From Muribaculaceae bacterium (GTDB taxonomy: Bacteria > Bacteroidota > Bacteroidia > Bacteroidales > Muribaculaceae), in assembly GCA_051878475.1 (NCBI GenBank), contig JBJEKE010000334.1:1-32649 (forward strand): a stretch of DNA of 32,649 nucleotides, written 5' to 3'. The position numbers were made by a program, and so were the translations under genes. The notes beneath the pieces are model-generated. The model searched no databases. It had not been told where the DNA came from and was given only the letters and a program-made list of their open reading frames with translations. Below, piece by piece: positions 17,290-25,492 of the stretch (position 1 is the first letter of the stretch; every line of letters begins with the position of its first letter).

Positions 17290-18138
17290 TTAAGATTGTA
17301 GATAATTACACAAATTAACTGCTGCTGCAATGAAAAACAATACAGGAACAATTTCAATGGCGCAAAGGTACAAAATAAATGGGAAAAGCATTGGGATTTT
17401 TTTGAAAAAAATTCTAAACCCTTTGATAATGAATACGAATCGGGAAGAAAAGAACAGTATGAGAGCCACGATGGCCATGGCAGTGATGGTGGCACCGGAG
17501 CCTATTGAGGCCATTATAGCAAGGGGGATGAAAGTGAAACCGACGATAGCCAGCGAGGCATTGTTTCCGTCGATCCAGAGCTTGCTGTGCTCGTGGTCGG
17601 AGAAAGTGAAGGCAAGCACCTTATAAGCCAGCAGCTGGAACAGAATAAGGGAGGCGCAAGTGGCGATGCATACCAGCACCGGCACAATGGAGTTGTGTGC
17701 TGCAATATATAACATTCCATTGCTGCAGAGCAGGAAATACAGGATTATGCCGCCTGAAATGCAGGTGTTTGCAATCAGGTTGGTGATGACGAGAGTTTCG
17801 TTGATGGTGCGGTCCTTGAACACGTCGTTGTGCATGTTGAGCGAGAAAAGGTTTCGGATAATGGTGGAGAGGTATTGGAAACCGCGACGGAAACTGAAAG
17901 CGACGAGAAGGAAAGCGATTGAGAGCAACATCGAAGTGCCGCTGGAAAAGAACGTTGAGAATTCGGGTTCAACGGCGTTGAGCGGCTTGTGATGCTCGAT
18001 AACCGGAATATTAGCAACTTCGATGAGATGAGAGTGTCCACAAACCGAATCGGGGACAATCCCGTCGGGGTATATGGCCGAGAACACTGAGTCGGCAGCG
18101 GTTGAATCGGGATGCAATATGAAGTTGTTGTGAGGCAT
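17290..18138 (-). CDS. multi-pass membrane protein, probably DUF4271 family
   Basis: ORF track, 282 aa, about 6 hydrophobic helices. Its stop lies 12 nt before the HemD-like start. I recall a DUF4271 gene immediately upstream of a HemD-like gene as conserved Bacteroidetes synteny. Confidence 0.7.
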   Translation of the reverse strand: MPHNNFILHPDSTAADSVFSAIYPDGIVPDSVCGHSHLIEVANIPVIEHHKPLNAVEPEFSTFFSSGTSMLLSIAFLLVAFSFRRGFQYLSTIIRNLFSLNMHNDVFKDRTINETLVITNLIANTCISGGIILYFLLCSNGMLYIAAHNSIVPVLVCIATCASLILFQLLAYKVLAFTFSDHEHSKLWIDGNNASLAIVGFTFIPLAIMASIGSGATITAMAIVALILFFSSRFVFIIKGFRIFFKKIPMLFPFILYLCAIEIVPVLFFIAAAVNLCNYLQS

Positions 18139-18140
18139 AA

Positions 18141-18728
18141 TCAGTATTTGTCGGCGATATGACGTGATTCGGTTGGATTATACGATACAAGGAAGTCGAT
18201 AGCCTCGTCGGCTGAGGAAGCCACGTGCCAAAGCCTGCGGTTGTCCGGTGCCATCAGGTGATTGTCGATGGCAGTGTCGAGCATGCCGATGAGCGGGGCG
18301 AAGTAGTTGTCGACGTTAAGGAGTACAATCGGATGGCAGGTTATTGACAGCTGGCGCCATGTTATTGCTTCGAGGAGTTCCTCGAGGGTCCCTACTCCAC
18401 CTGGCATTGCCACGATGGCGTGTGCCAGTTGTGCCATTTTCAGTTTTCGGGAGTGCATGTCGGGGGTAACGATGGTTTCGGAAAGAGCCGGATAAGCCCA
18501 ACCTTTGTCGACCATGAACTGAGGTATAACTCCCACCACCCTACCTCCGGCCTCGAGTGCGCCATCCGATGCAGCCCGCATGATGCCGGCCCGTCCGGCA
18601 CCGCACACAATTGCAGCACCGTGCTTTGCCGCCAACTGTCCGAACCGGAATGCCACGTTGCAGAAATGTTCGGGAGTGGCAGGGCTTGATGCCCCGAAAA
18701 TGCATATGTTTTTGCCGTTTAAATCCAT
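18141..18728 (-). CDS. LOG family / TIGR00730 Rossmann-fold nucleotide-binding protein
   Basis: ORF track, 195 aa. PGGxGTxxE motif (MPGGVGTLEELLE) and GAGRAGIMRA, matching the LOG (lysine decarboxylase-like) family. Confidence 0.85.
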   Translation of the reverse strand: MDLNGKNICIFGASSPATPEHFCNVAFRFGQLAAKHGAAIVCGAGRAGIMRAASDGALEAGGRVVGVIPQFMVDKGWAYPALSETIVTPDMHSRKLKMAQLAHAIVAMPGGVGTLEELLEAITWRQLSITCHPIVLLNVDNYFAPLIGMLDTAIDNHLMAPDNRRLWHVASSADEAIDFLVSYNPTESRHIADKY

Positions 18729-19729
18729 TTGTTTTCCTTATACCAGTCGATAGCGTCCGACACACCCTGTGCGAGAGAGTGCTTGGGGCAGAAGCCGAAA
18801 TCGTTGATGGCGTCGGAGACGTCGCAACACCAGTTACGTTGCCGCATAATCTTGAATTTGTCGCGGTTTAGAGTGCTGGGTTTTAGGGTGATTGTCCCCC
18901 ACAGCTCAGCAATGAACGAAACGACGTAGAGCATCCATATTGGCACTTTTATTGGGATTACGAATCGCTTATGCAGCTTTTCGGCCACAATTTTGCGGAA
19001 TTCGTCCTGTGAGTAGGCACGAGGCTCGGCGATGATGTAGGTTTTGCGAGCAGCGTTGCTTTCAAGTGCATCGAAAATGGCGTCGGCAAGGTCGGTAACG
19101 TAGATGAAGGTGAGCATTTGCCGACGGAATCCTACGCTGAAGTCGAATCCGCGCTTAATGCTCTTCATCATCATGAAGTAGTCCTTTTCGTGCGGGCCGT
19201 AAACGCCGGTGGGTCGGAAAATAATGTATGGGAAGCCCGGACGGGTAGACAGATAAGTTTCGGCCTTCATTTTCGAGAGACCGTATCGGGTGTTTGGGTG
19301 CGGGATGTCGCGAGCAGACATCGGGGTGTATGATTCTTCGTCGCCCGGACCGACGGCGCTGAGGCTGCTCATGAGCAGGAATCGCTCGGGGACAGCATCG
19401 AGGACGGTCAGAGTGTCGACCAGCAACTTCATGTAACCGTAGTTTATTGAGTTGAAGTCGTTGAAGTTGTTGCATTTGGTGGCGCCGAGGTTGTGGACCA
19501 CGAAGTCCCATTTGCCGTTTGCGGCGATGGCTTCGGCCATCTGAGAGCGGAAAATGGCGGGATCGCTGAAATCGAGTTCAATGAAATTAATACGTTCGTC
19601 GGTGAGATACTTCCGCGACGTTGATTTTCTGACGGCAGCCCAGGTTTCGTAGCCACGGTTAAGTGCTCCGGCGACAATAAAGCCTCCGATGAAACCTCCC
19701 GCACCAGTGATGAGAACACGCTTTGCCAT
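18719..19729 (-). CDS. NAD-dependent epimerase/dehydratase family (extended SDR) protein
   Basis: ORF track, 336 aa. Rossmann motif ITGAGGFIGG and catalytic YxxxK (YGLSK). Its 3' end overlaps the LOG start by 10 nt. Confidence 0.85.
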   Translation of the reverse strand: MAKRVLITGAGGFIGGFIVAGALNRGYETWAAVRKSTSRKYLTDERINFIELDFSDPAIFRSQMAEAIAANGKWDFVVHNLGATKCNNFNDFNSINYGYMKLLVDTLTVLDAVPERFLLMSSLSAVGPGDEESYTPMSARDIPHPNTRYGLSKMKAETYLSTRPGFPYIIFRPTGVYGPHEKDYFMMMKSIKRGFDFSVGFRRQMLTFIYVTDLADAIFDALESNAARKTYIIAEPRAYSQDEFRKIVAEKLHKRFVIPIKVPIWMLYVVSFIAELWGTITLKPSTLNRDKFKIMRQRNWCCDVSDAINDFGFCPKHSLAQGVSDAIDWYKENKWI

Positions 19730-19756
19730 AATGTGATGAAAAATTAGGGAAACAGT

Positions 19757-21424
19757 TTAGCTCAGGCCAACGACGTTGCCGTCGATGATATCGATTTTGC
19801 AAGCCTGAGGCACTTTCGGCAGGCCCGGCATGCGCATGATGTCGCCCATGATAACCACAATCATCTCGGCCCCGTTGTTTATTATAATGTCGCGGACATT
19901 GAGCTCGAAGTCGGTGGCTACTCCGATGGCTTTCGGGTCGGACGAGAATGAGTATTGAGTCTTGGCAATGCAGATTGGGTAGTGGGCTATGCCGAGGCTT
20001 TCGATTTGCTTGAGCTTGTTTTTTGCGAGGATAGAGAACACCACCGATGATGCGCCGTAGATTTTTCGAGCCACGTTGTCGATTTTCTGCTTCACAGGAG
20101 TGTTGTTGTCGTAAAGGAGCTGGAGAGGCTTCGACGGATTGTTCTCCACGGTGTCGACAAGAAGTCGTGCAAGCTCTTCGCCACCGGCCCCACCTTTGGC
20201 AAACACGTGGTTTTCGGCAAATCCAACGCCCTTTTGGCGGCAGTGCTCGGCCACCATTGCAATTTCCTCGTCGGCGTCTGAGTCGAAACGGTTGAAAGTG
20301 ACGATGACGCTTTGTCCGAAGAGTTGCATGTTTTCGATGTGCTTGTCGAGGTTGCAGAGGCCTTTACGGAGCCCATCGATGTTGGGTTCTTTGATTTTGT
20401 CCTCAGGGACGCCTCCGTGAAGCTTGAGGCTTTGTGCAGTGGCCACGATGATAGTTGCTTTAGGAGAGAGTCCTGATTTCCGGCATTTGATGTCGAAGAA
20501 CTTTTCGGCTCCGAGGTCGGCACCGAATCCGGCTTCGGTAACCACGTAGTCGGCATACGACATGGCCATTCGAGTGGCGATGATTGAGTTGCAACCGTGG
20601 GCTATGTTGGCAAACGGACCGCCGTGCACCATAGCCGGGGTGTTTTCGGTAGTCTGCACGAGGTTGGGCATCAGGGCATCCTTTAGGAGCAGGACGATGG
20701 CGCCGGTAACGCCGAGGTCGTCGACGGTGAACGGCTGGTCGTCGAAAGTGTATCCGAGAAGTATTTTGCCGATGCGTCGACGTAGGTCGTCGATACCGGT
20801 GGCCAGACACATGATAGCCATGATTTCGGAGGCCGGGGTGATGTCGAAACCGCTTTCGGCAGGAACGCCGTTAATGCGGCTGCCTATACCGGTTACTATG
20901 TTTCGGAGGTTTCGGTCGTTGATGTCGAGCACACGTTTCCATTTCACCTCCTTCAGTCCGATTCCTTTGGTGCGGTTTTGATAGATATAGTTGTCGAGCA
21001 GCGCAGTAATCATGTTGTGGGCTGTTGTGATAGCATGGAAGTCGCCGGTGAAGTGAAGGTTGATGTTCTCCATGGGGAGTACCTGTGAGTAGCCACCACC
21101 AGCGGCTCCACCTTTCATTCCGAAGCAAGGGCCAAGCGAAGGTTCTCGCAAAGCAACGATGCACTTTTTGCCAATACGGTTCAGTGCGAGCGACAGCCCG
21201 ATTGACACTGTGGTTTTTCCCACACCGGCCTTGTTAGGAGTGATGGCAGTGACGAGAATCAGGTTGCTGTTTGCAGCGCGGTCGAGGTTGATGCAATCGA
21301 GAGGCACCTTAGCCATGAAGTGGCCGTAGCTGAGGATTTCGTCGGCCGGGATTCTGGCTTTATCGGCAATAGCGGAAATGTTGTCGAGTTTGGTTTCGCG
21401 GGCTATTTCAATATCAGTTTTCAT
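19757..21424 (-). CDS. fhs: formate--tetrahydrofolate ligase
   Basis: The ORF track entry 19757-21457 is trimmed to ATG 21424 ([10 protein letters not shown]...), giving 555 aa. Nucleotide-binding loop [16 protein letters not shown]. Overall FTHFS pattern ([22 protein letters not shown]). Confidence 0.95.
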   Translation of the reverse strand: MKTDIEIARETKLDNISAIADKARIPADEILSYGHFMAKVPLDCINLDRAANSNLILVTAITPNKAGVGKTTVSIGLSLALNRIGKKCIVALREPSLGPCFGMKGGAAGGGYSQVLPMENINLHFTGDFHAITTAHNMITALLDNYIYQNRTKGIGLKEVKWKRVLDINDRNLRNIVTGIGSRINGVPAESGFDITPASEIMAIMCLATGIDDLRRRIGKILLGYTFDDQPFTVDDLGVTGAIVLLLKDALMPNLVQTTENTPAMVHGGPFANIAHGCNSIIATRMAMSYADYVVTEAGFGADLGAEKFFDIKCRKSGLSPKATIIVATAQSLKLHGGVPEDKIKEPNIDGLRKGLCNLDKHIENMQLFGQSVIVTFNRFDSDADEEIAMVAEHCRQKGVGFAENHVFAKGGAGGEELARLLVDTVENNPSKPLQLLYDNNTPVKQKIDNVARKIYGASSVVFSILAKNKLKQIESLGIAHYPICIAKTQYSFSSDPKAIGVATDFELNVRDIIINNGAEMIVVIMGDIMRMPGLPKVPQACKIDIIDGNVVGLS

Positions 21425-21454
21425 AAAAGGAAAGGGAGATAATAACTGAGAGTG

Positions 21455-21462
21455 CAAAGGTA
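21455..21462 (-). promoter_or_regulatory. candidate -7 box (TACCTTTG) for fhs
   Basis: The minus strand reads TACCTTTG, 31 nt upstream of ATG 21424. Confidence 0.4.
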
Positions 21463-21561
21463 TTAAAATAATCTCAAAAGCGGAAACGCACCGTTATCCT
21501 TGGCGGTGTTTGGGCGGCGATGGCCCAGAATAGTGATTAAATATGGAGTTGGGAGTTCCGG

Positions 21562-22323
21562 CTATTCGAATTTCCAGGTGATTGTGCCCACTTGGTCGGT
21601 GGTGAGGTTTGGCGCAACGCTGAAACGGGACTGCCGCGATGCGTTTTCGCAACTGCGGCGTACGTCGGTGCTTGCCGCGGCGCTTCCTGAGCCGGAGACG
21701 TAGCTGGCCGAAATCACGTAGCCTTTTGGATTTACGCGTACTTCGATAACTACAGTTCCGTCGACACGGCTCATAGGCTTTCCCCACGATTCGAGGTTGC
21801 GTCCGGTGAGGGTGTGTCCCGGGGAGCCTTTGGTGACACCCACGGTAGAGTTTCCGTTGGTTTGGCCGATGGTTTCCGAGGAGCCGTTTTTGCTGAACGA
21901 TACGCGTCGGCTGATTTGCTTGGCTTTTTCCTGTTCCTGCTTGCGGCGTTCAATTTCAGCGAGTTCCTCTTTTGAAGGACCTGTTTTCTTTTCTTCGATT
22001 TTTTTTGTTGTCATTGGCGAAGGTTCCTCGGTGCTTATAAGTTGAGAAGCGTCGGCCTGTTCTCCGGCGTCGATGATGTCGTCGGCGGGGTCGACGGTTT
22101 CCTTAGCCCTGGTGTTTGCCGGAGCGATGTCGCCGAGGACTACGAATTCGCCGCCGAAAAGGATTTCGCTTTGCGGGGGCATGTCCTTAGGAGGCCATTG
22201 GTAGCTGAGTGAGGCAAAAAGCAGCATGATAATAACCATCAGAGCGAACAAAGCGGTGGCAATGAGGGCAATGATCTGGTTACGGTCGGGATTATTCGGA
22301 TATGAAGAGCTGTTGAGTGCCAT
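21562..22323 (-). CDS. tonB: energy transducer TonB
   Basis: The ORF track entry 21562-22542 is trimmed to ATG 22323 (MALNSS...), because the longer form overlaps exbD. It has one N-terminal TM helix (IIALIATALFALMVIIMLLF), a charged linker (EELAEIERRKQEQEKAKQ) and a TonB C-terminal domain (VVIEVRVNPKGYV...GTITWKFE). Confidence 0.85.
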   Translation of the reverse strand: MALNSSSYPNNPDRNQIIALIATALFALMVIIMLLFASLSYQWPPKDMPPQSEILFGGEFVVLGDIAPANTRAKETVDPADDIIDAGEQADASQLISTEEPSPMTTKKIEEKKTGPSKEELAEIERRKQEQEKAKQISRRVSFSKNGSSETIGQTNGNSTVGVTKGSPGHTLTGRNLESWGKPMSRVDGTVVIEVRVNPKGYVISASYVSGSGSAAASTDVRRSCENASRQSRFSVAPNLTTDQVGTITWKFE

Positions 22324-22330
22324 ATTGAGG

Positions 22331-22747
22331 TTAATGCTTGTTAGAAGGTTTTGTGGCGAGCACCATCTTGAGGCTTGCGCGAGCACCTTTGTCGAGCACT
22401 TCGACGATTTTGCCGTAGGGCACTTTCTCGTCGGCATAAAGGGCGATGAACTGGTCGGGCGACTGTTGCTGGGCAATCTGGAGGAATCCGATAAGGTCGG
22501 CTTCGGCAATGCGTTCGGGTTCGGCGTCGCCTTGCGCAGCATACATGTTGAGTTCTTTGTCGATATACACTCTGGTGCCGGGCTTGAGGGCAGTCTGCTG
22601 GCTGCTTTGCGGCAGGTTAACCTCGAGCGCGTTAGGGAAAACGAAAGTTGAGGTAACCATGAAGAAGATAAGCAGCAGGAAAATGACGTCGCTCATCGAA
22701 GCCATGCTGAAGAGGGTCATCATGTTATGTTGACGTTTCAGAGCCAT
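22331..22747 (-). CDS. exbD: ExbD/TolR family biopolymer transport protein
   Basis: ORF track, 138 aa. Typical N-terminus MSDVIFLLLIFFMVTSTF followed by a periplasmic domain. Confidence 0.9.
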   Translation of the reverse strand: MALKRQHNMMTLFSMASMSDVIFLLLIFFMVTSTFVFPNALEVNLPQSSQQTALKPGTRVYIDKELNMYAAQGDAEPERIAEADLIGFLQIAQQQSPDQFIALYADEKVPYGKIVEVLDKGARASLKMVLATKPSNKH

Positions 22748-22756
22748 TTTGTGGAA

Positions 22757-23500
22757 TCAGTTAACGGGTTCGTTGAGGAGGTCCATGAATTCCATGGTCT
22801 TGGCTTCGAGCTGAGTCATGACGTTGTTGACTCGGGAAACGAGGAAGTTGTAGGCGAACAGGGCGATGATGCCCACAACGAGTCCGGCAACGGTGGTTAC
22901 GAGAGCTTCGTAGATGCCGTTTGCGAGGATGCTGATGTTGGCTCCTCCGCCGGCGCTTGCCAGGGCGAAGAAAGCTTCGACCATACCGGTTACCGTTCCG
23001 AGGAATCCGAGCATTGGGGCCCCTGATGCGGCAGTTGCGAGCCAGGGGAATCCTTTTTCGAGGCGTGCAATCTCAAGGTTTCCCACGTTTTCGATGGCGG
23101 CTTGGACGTCGGTAGTTGGCCGGCCGATGCGTGATATGCCTTTTTCGATTAGCCTTGCATAGGGGGTGCCGGTTCGTCGGCAAAGGTTACGGGCGCTGTC
23201 AATCTCGCCTTCGTGGATGTAGTCGCGGATACGCTTCATGAAGGTGTCGTCCTCTTTAGCGGCGGCCTTGATTGCGAGGTATCGCTCGACGAGGACGTAA
23301 ATGCTGAGCAGGGCGAGCACTGCGAGGGGAATCATGATGAATCCTCCCTTAAGGCACAGGCTCCACACCGAGAGTTCGTTGGTGGTTTGCTCAATCGGCT
23401 GACCGGAAGCGGCTACAACGTTGTTGGCGGCGGCAATGGTGTCGGAAGCGGCTTGAGCGGCTTGGGTGAGAACTGTGTTGAGGATAGCGAGCGATGTCAT
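22757..23500 (-). CDS. exbB: MotA/TolQ/ExbB proton channel family protein
   Basis: ORF track, 247 aa. Conserved C-terminal channel region [17 protein letters not shown]...[24 protein letters not shown]. Confidence 0.9.
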   Translation of the reverse strand: MTSLAILNTVLTQAAQAASDTIAAANNVVAASGQPIEQTTNELSVWSLCLKGGFIMIPLAVLALLSIYVLVERYLAIKAAAKEDDTFMKRIRDYIHEGEIDSARNLCRRTGTPYARLIEKGISRIGRPTTDVQAAIENVGNLEIARLEKGFPWLATAASGAPMLGFLGTVTGMVEAFFALASAGGGANISILANGIYEALVTTVAGLVVGIIALFAYNFLVSRVNNVMTQLEAKTMEFMDLLNEPVN

Positions 23501-24249
23501 ATCTGTATGTTGTTATGTTCTACGTAGTTGTTGTGTTTGCCGAGCGCTTTCTGGTAGGCTTTGATGGTGTTTTCGATGCCCAGATAAAGTGCGTCGGAGA
23601 TGAGGCAATGGCCGATGGAAACTTCCTGGAGGTAAGGTATGTGAGAGGCGAAGAATTCCAGGTTCAGGAGGCTGAGGTCGTGTCCGGCATTCACACCGAG
23701 GCCGCAGTTGTGAGCGGTGCGAGAAGCTTCGATGTAAGGGGCGATTGCTTTTTCCGGGTTGTTAGGGAATTCGACAGCGAACGGTTCGGTGTAAAGTTCA
23801 ATACGGTCGGCACCGGTAGCGGCAGCTGCTTTGATGTTGTCGAGGTCGGTGTCGACGAAAATGCTGGAACGGATTCCGGCCTCTCTGAGGCTGTCGACGA
23901 CGGTGGTTAGGAATTCTTCGTTTCCGGCGATGGTCCAGCCGCTGTTCGAGGTTATCTGAGCCGGGGTGTCGGGGACGAGTGTCACCTGTTCGGGCTTTAC
24001 CATCAGCACGAGGTTCATGAAGTCGTCGGATGGATATCCTTCGATGTTGAATTCGGTTTTGACGAGAGGGCGGAGCGAGAATACGTCGGATCGACGGATG
24101 TGCCGTTCGTCGGGCCGCGGGTGAACAGTGATTCCGTTTGCGCCGAACAGTTCGCAGTCGGTGGCAAATTTCTGGACGTCGGGTACATTGCCACCGCGTG
24201 CATTCCGCAGAGTGGCCACTTTATTGATGTTTACGCTTAAGTTTATCAT
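23497..24249 (-). CDS. pdxJ: pyridoxine 5'-phosphate synthase
   Basis: The ORF track entry 23497-24303 is trimmed to ATG 24249 ([20 protein letters not shown]...), giving 250 aa. PdxJ signatures [24 protein letters not shown] and NAGHDL. Its stop overlaps the exbB start (4 nt). Confidence 0.93.
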   Translation of the reverse strand: MINLSVNINKVATLRNARGGNVPDVQKFATDCELFGANGITVHPRPDERHIRRSDVFSLRPLVKTEFNIEGYPSDDFMNLVLMVKPEQVTLVPDTPAQITSNSGWTIAGNEEFLTTVVDSLREAGIRSSIFVDTDLDNIKAAAATGADRIELYTEPFAVEFPNNPEKAIAPYIEASRTAHNCGLGVNAGHDLSLLNLEFFASHIPYLQEVSIGHCLISDALYLGIENTIKAYQKALGKHNNYVEHNNIQI

Positions 24250-24401
24250 CTTCGTAGTGAAAAATACTCTATCAAATAGTTGTTTCTCTAAAATAGTTGA
24301 CAATAGAGGGCTGGCAAAGGTTTAACGGCGATGAAGCGAAAAAACGCTTGACGATAGGCGAAAAACTGATGCAAAAGGCTTGAAACGGCGCGTCAAAGAA
24401 T

Positions 24402-24409
24402 TATCTTTG
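24402..24409 (+). promoter_or_regulatory. candidate -7 box (TATCTTTG) upstream of nadK
   Basis: The plus strand reads TATCTTTG, with a partial -33 (CTTG, 24379-24382) at 19-nt spacing. It lies 138 nt upstream of ATG 24547. Confidence 0.4.
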
Positions 24410-24546
24410 CAGCGTGAGACCGGCGTTTGGCATGATTTCGGCCGAGCCGCGACCGTGTGGCCGCCTCTCATATCTATAAATATGTTACAAAGTAAATACT
24501 ATTTTGTGGCATTGTGTCAAAAAAATGCATATAATTTTTTTGTGAG

Positions 24547-25416
24547 ATGAAGATACTTGTTTTTGGCAGTGAATACCAGGGCCGATACCTTGACGAGCTG
24601 AAGAGAGTGATGATCTGTCTGTCGGGCAGCGGTGCTGATGTGGTGGTTGACAGCGAATTCCACCGTTATCTGCGCGAGCTTCACGTGGTTCCTGAGGGCT
24701 TTGGGGTAGCGGATATCGACGGTGGGGCATTGGAAGCCGATGTGGCTCTGAGCTTTGGCGGCGATGGTACGTTTCTGCGCACGGCGCGTAAGGTGGCGTT
24801 GTGTGGAGTGCCGATAATGGGTATCAACACCGGGAGCCTCGGGTATCTGGCCGATGTGTCGATAGACGATGCTGAGAGAGCTATCGGGAAGTGTCTGGCA
24901 GGCGAATGCTGTATCGACAGCCGTACGATGTTGCATGTGAGCACGTCGGATGCCGAGATAGATTTTCCGTATGCGCTCAACGAGGTTGCCATACAGAAGT
25001 CGCTGACGGCGCAGATGCTGAAGATGCGCACCACGCTAAATGGGGTGTATCTGACGACGTATATGGGCGATGGCCTTCTGGTGTCGACACCAACGGGGAG
25101 CACGGCTTATAATCTGTCGGTGGGTGGTCCTATCATTGAGCCGTCGTCGCATTCGTTTGCGGTGGCTCCGATAGCGGCACATTCGCTGACGATGCGTCCG
25201 ATAGTTCTCAACGACGATTGCCGTATCGACATCACTACGCTGTCGAGGTGCGACACTTATTGTGTGAGTCTCGACGGTAACAACTATGCGTTGCCGAGCG
25301 GGTCGACCATCAGCCTTTGCCGTGCGCCGCATGAGGTGAAGGTGGTAAAGGTCAATGGCCATAACTTTGCCTCGACGCTGCGGAGCAAGCTGATGTGGGG
25401 AGTAGATGCCCGCTGA
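24547..25416 (+). CDS. nadK: NAD(+) kinase
   Basis: ORF track, 289 aa. GGDGT motif (SFGGDGTFLR), NxGxLGYL (INTGSLGYL) and the C-terminal GDGLLVSTPTGSTAYNLS motif. Confidence 0.95.
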   Translation: MKILVFGSEYQGRYLDELKRVMICLSGSGADVVVDSEFHRYLRELHVVPEGFGVADIDGGALEADVALSFGGDGTFLRTARKVALCGVPIMGINTGSLGYLADVSIDDAERAIGKCLAGECCIDSRTMLHVSTSDAEIDFPYALNEVAIQKSLTAQMLKMRTTLNGVYLTTYMGDGLLVSTPTGSTAYNLSVGGPIIEPSSHSFAVAPIAAHSLTMRPIVLNDDCRIDITTLSRCDTYCVSLDGNNYALPSGSTISLCRAPHEVKVVKVNGHNFASTLRSKLMWGVDAR

Positions 25417-25437
25417 TGCTGGCCGGCAATGGATAAA

Positions 25438-25469
25438 TTTGCGAGTGACGAGGATTTTTAGTACTTTTG
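25438..25469 (+). promoter_or_regulatory. candidate promoter for dnaX (-33 TTTG and -7 TACTTTTG)
   Basis: TTTG at 25438-25441 and TACTTTTG at 25462-25469 are separated by 20 nt, which matches the Bacteroides consensus spacing. ATG is at 25493. Confidence 0.55.
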
Positions 25470-25492
25470 AACTATCAATTTACACAACATAG

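Noticed and set aside
21562-22542. The long (326 aa) version of the TonB ORF, and similar N-terminal extensions of fhs (to 21457), pdxJ (to 24303), the FKBP lipoprotein (to 12767) and the second FKBP (TTG at 13389).
   Set aside because: The extensions overlap the upstream gene or its spacer. They lack homology-like sequence and precede internal ATGs that give canonical N-termini (MALNSS with a TM helix, [20 protein letters not shown], and MKKFSIL with a lipobox).
24250-24546. The global strand switch (all minus-strand genes to the left, all plus-strand genes to the right) as a possible replication origin.
   Set aside because: The 297-bp spacer has no TTATCCACA-type DnaA boxes (best matches about 5-6 of 9), no dnaA or dnaN nearby and no obvious AT-rich unwinding element. 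The G/C excess I sampled follows the coding strand rather than switching in the way expected at an origin. pdxJ/nadK divergence is ordinary synteny.
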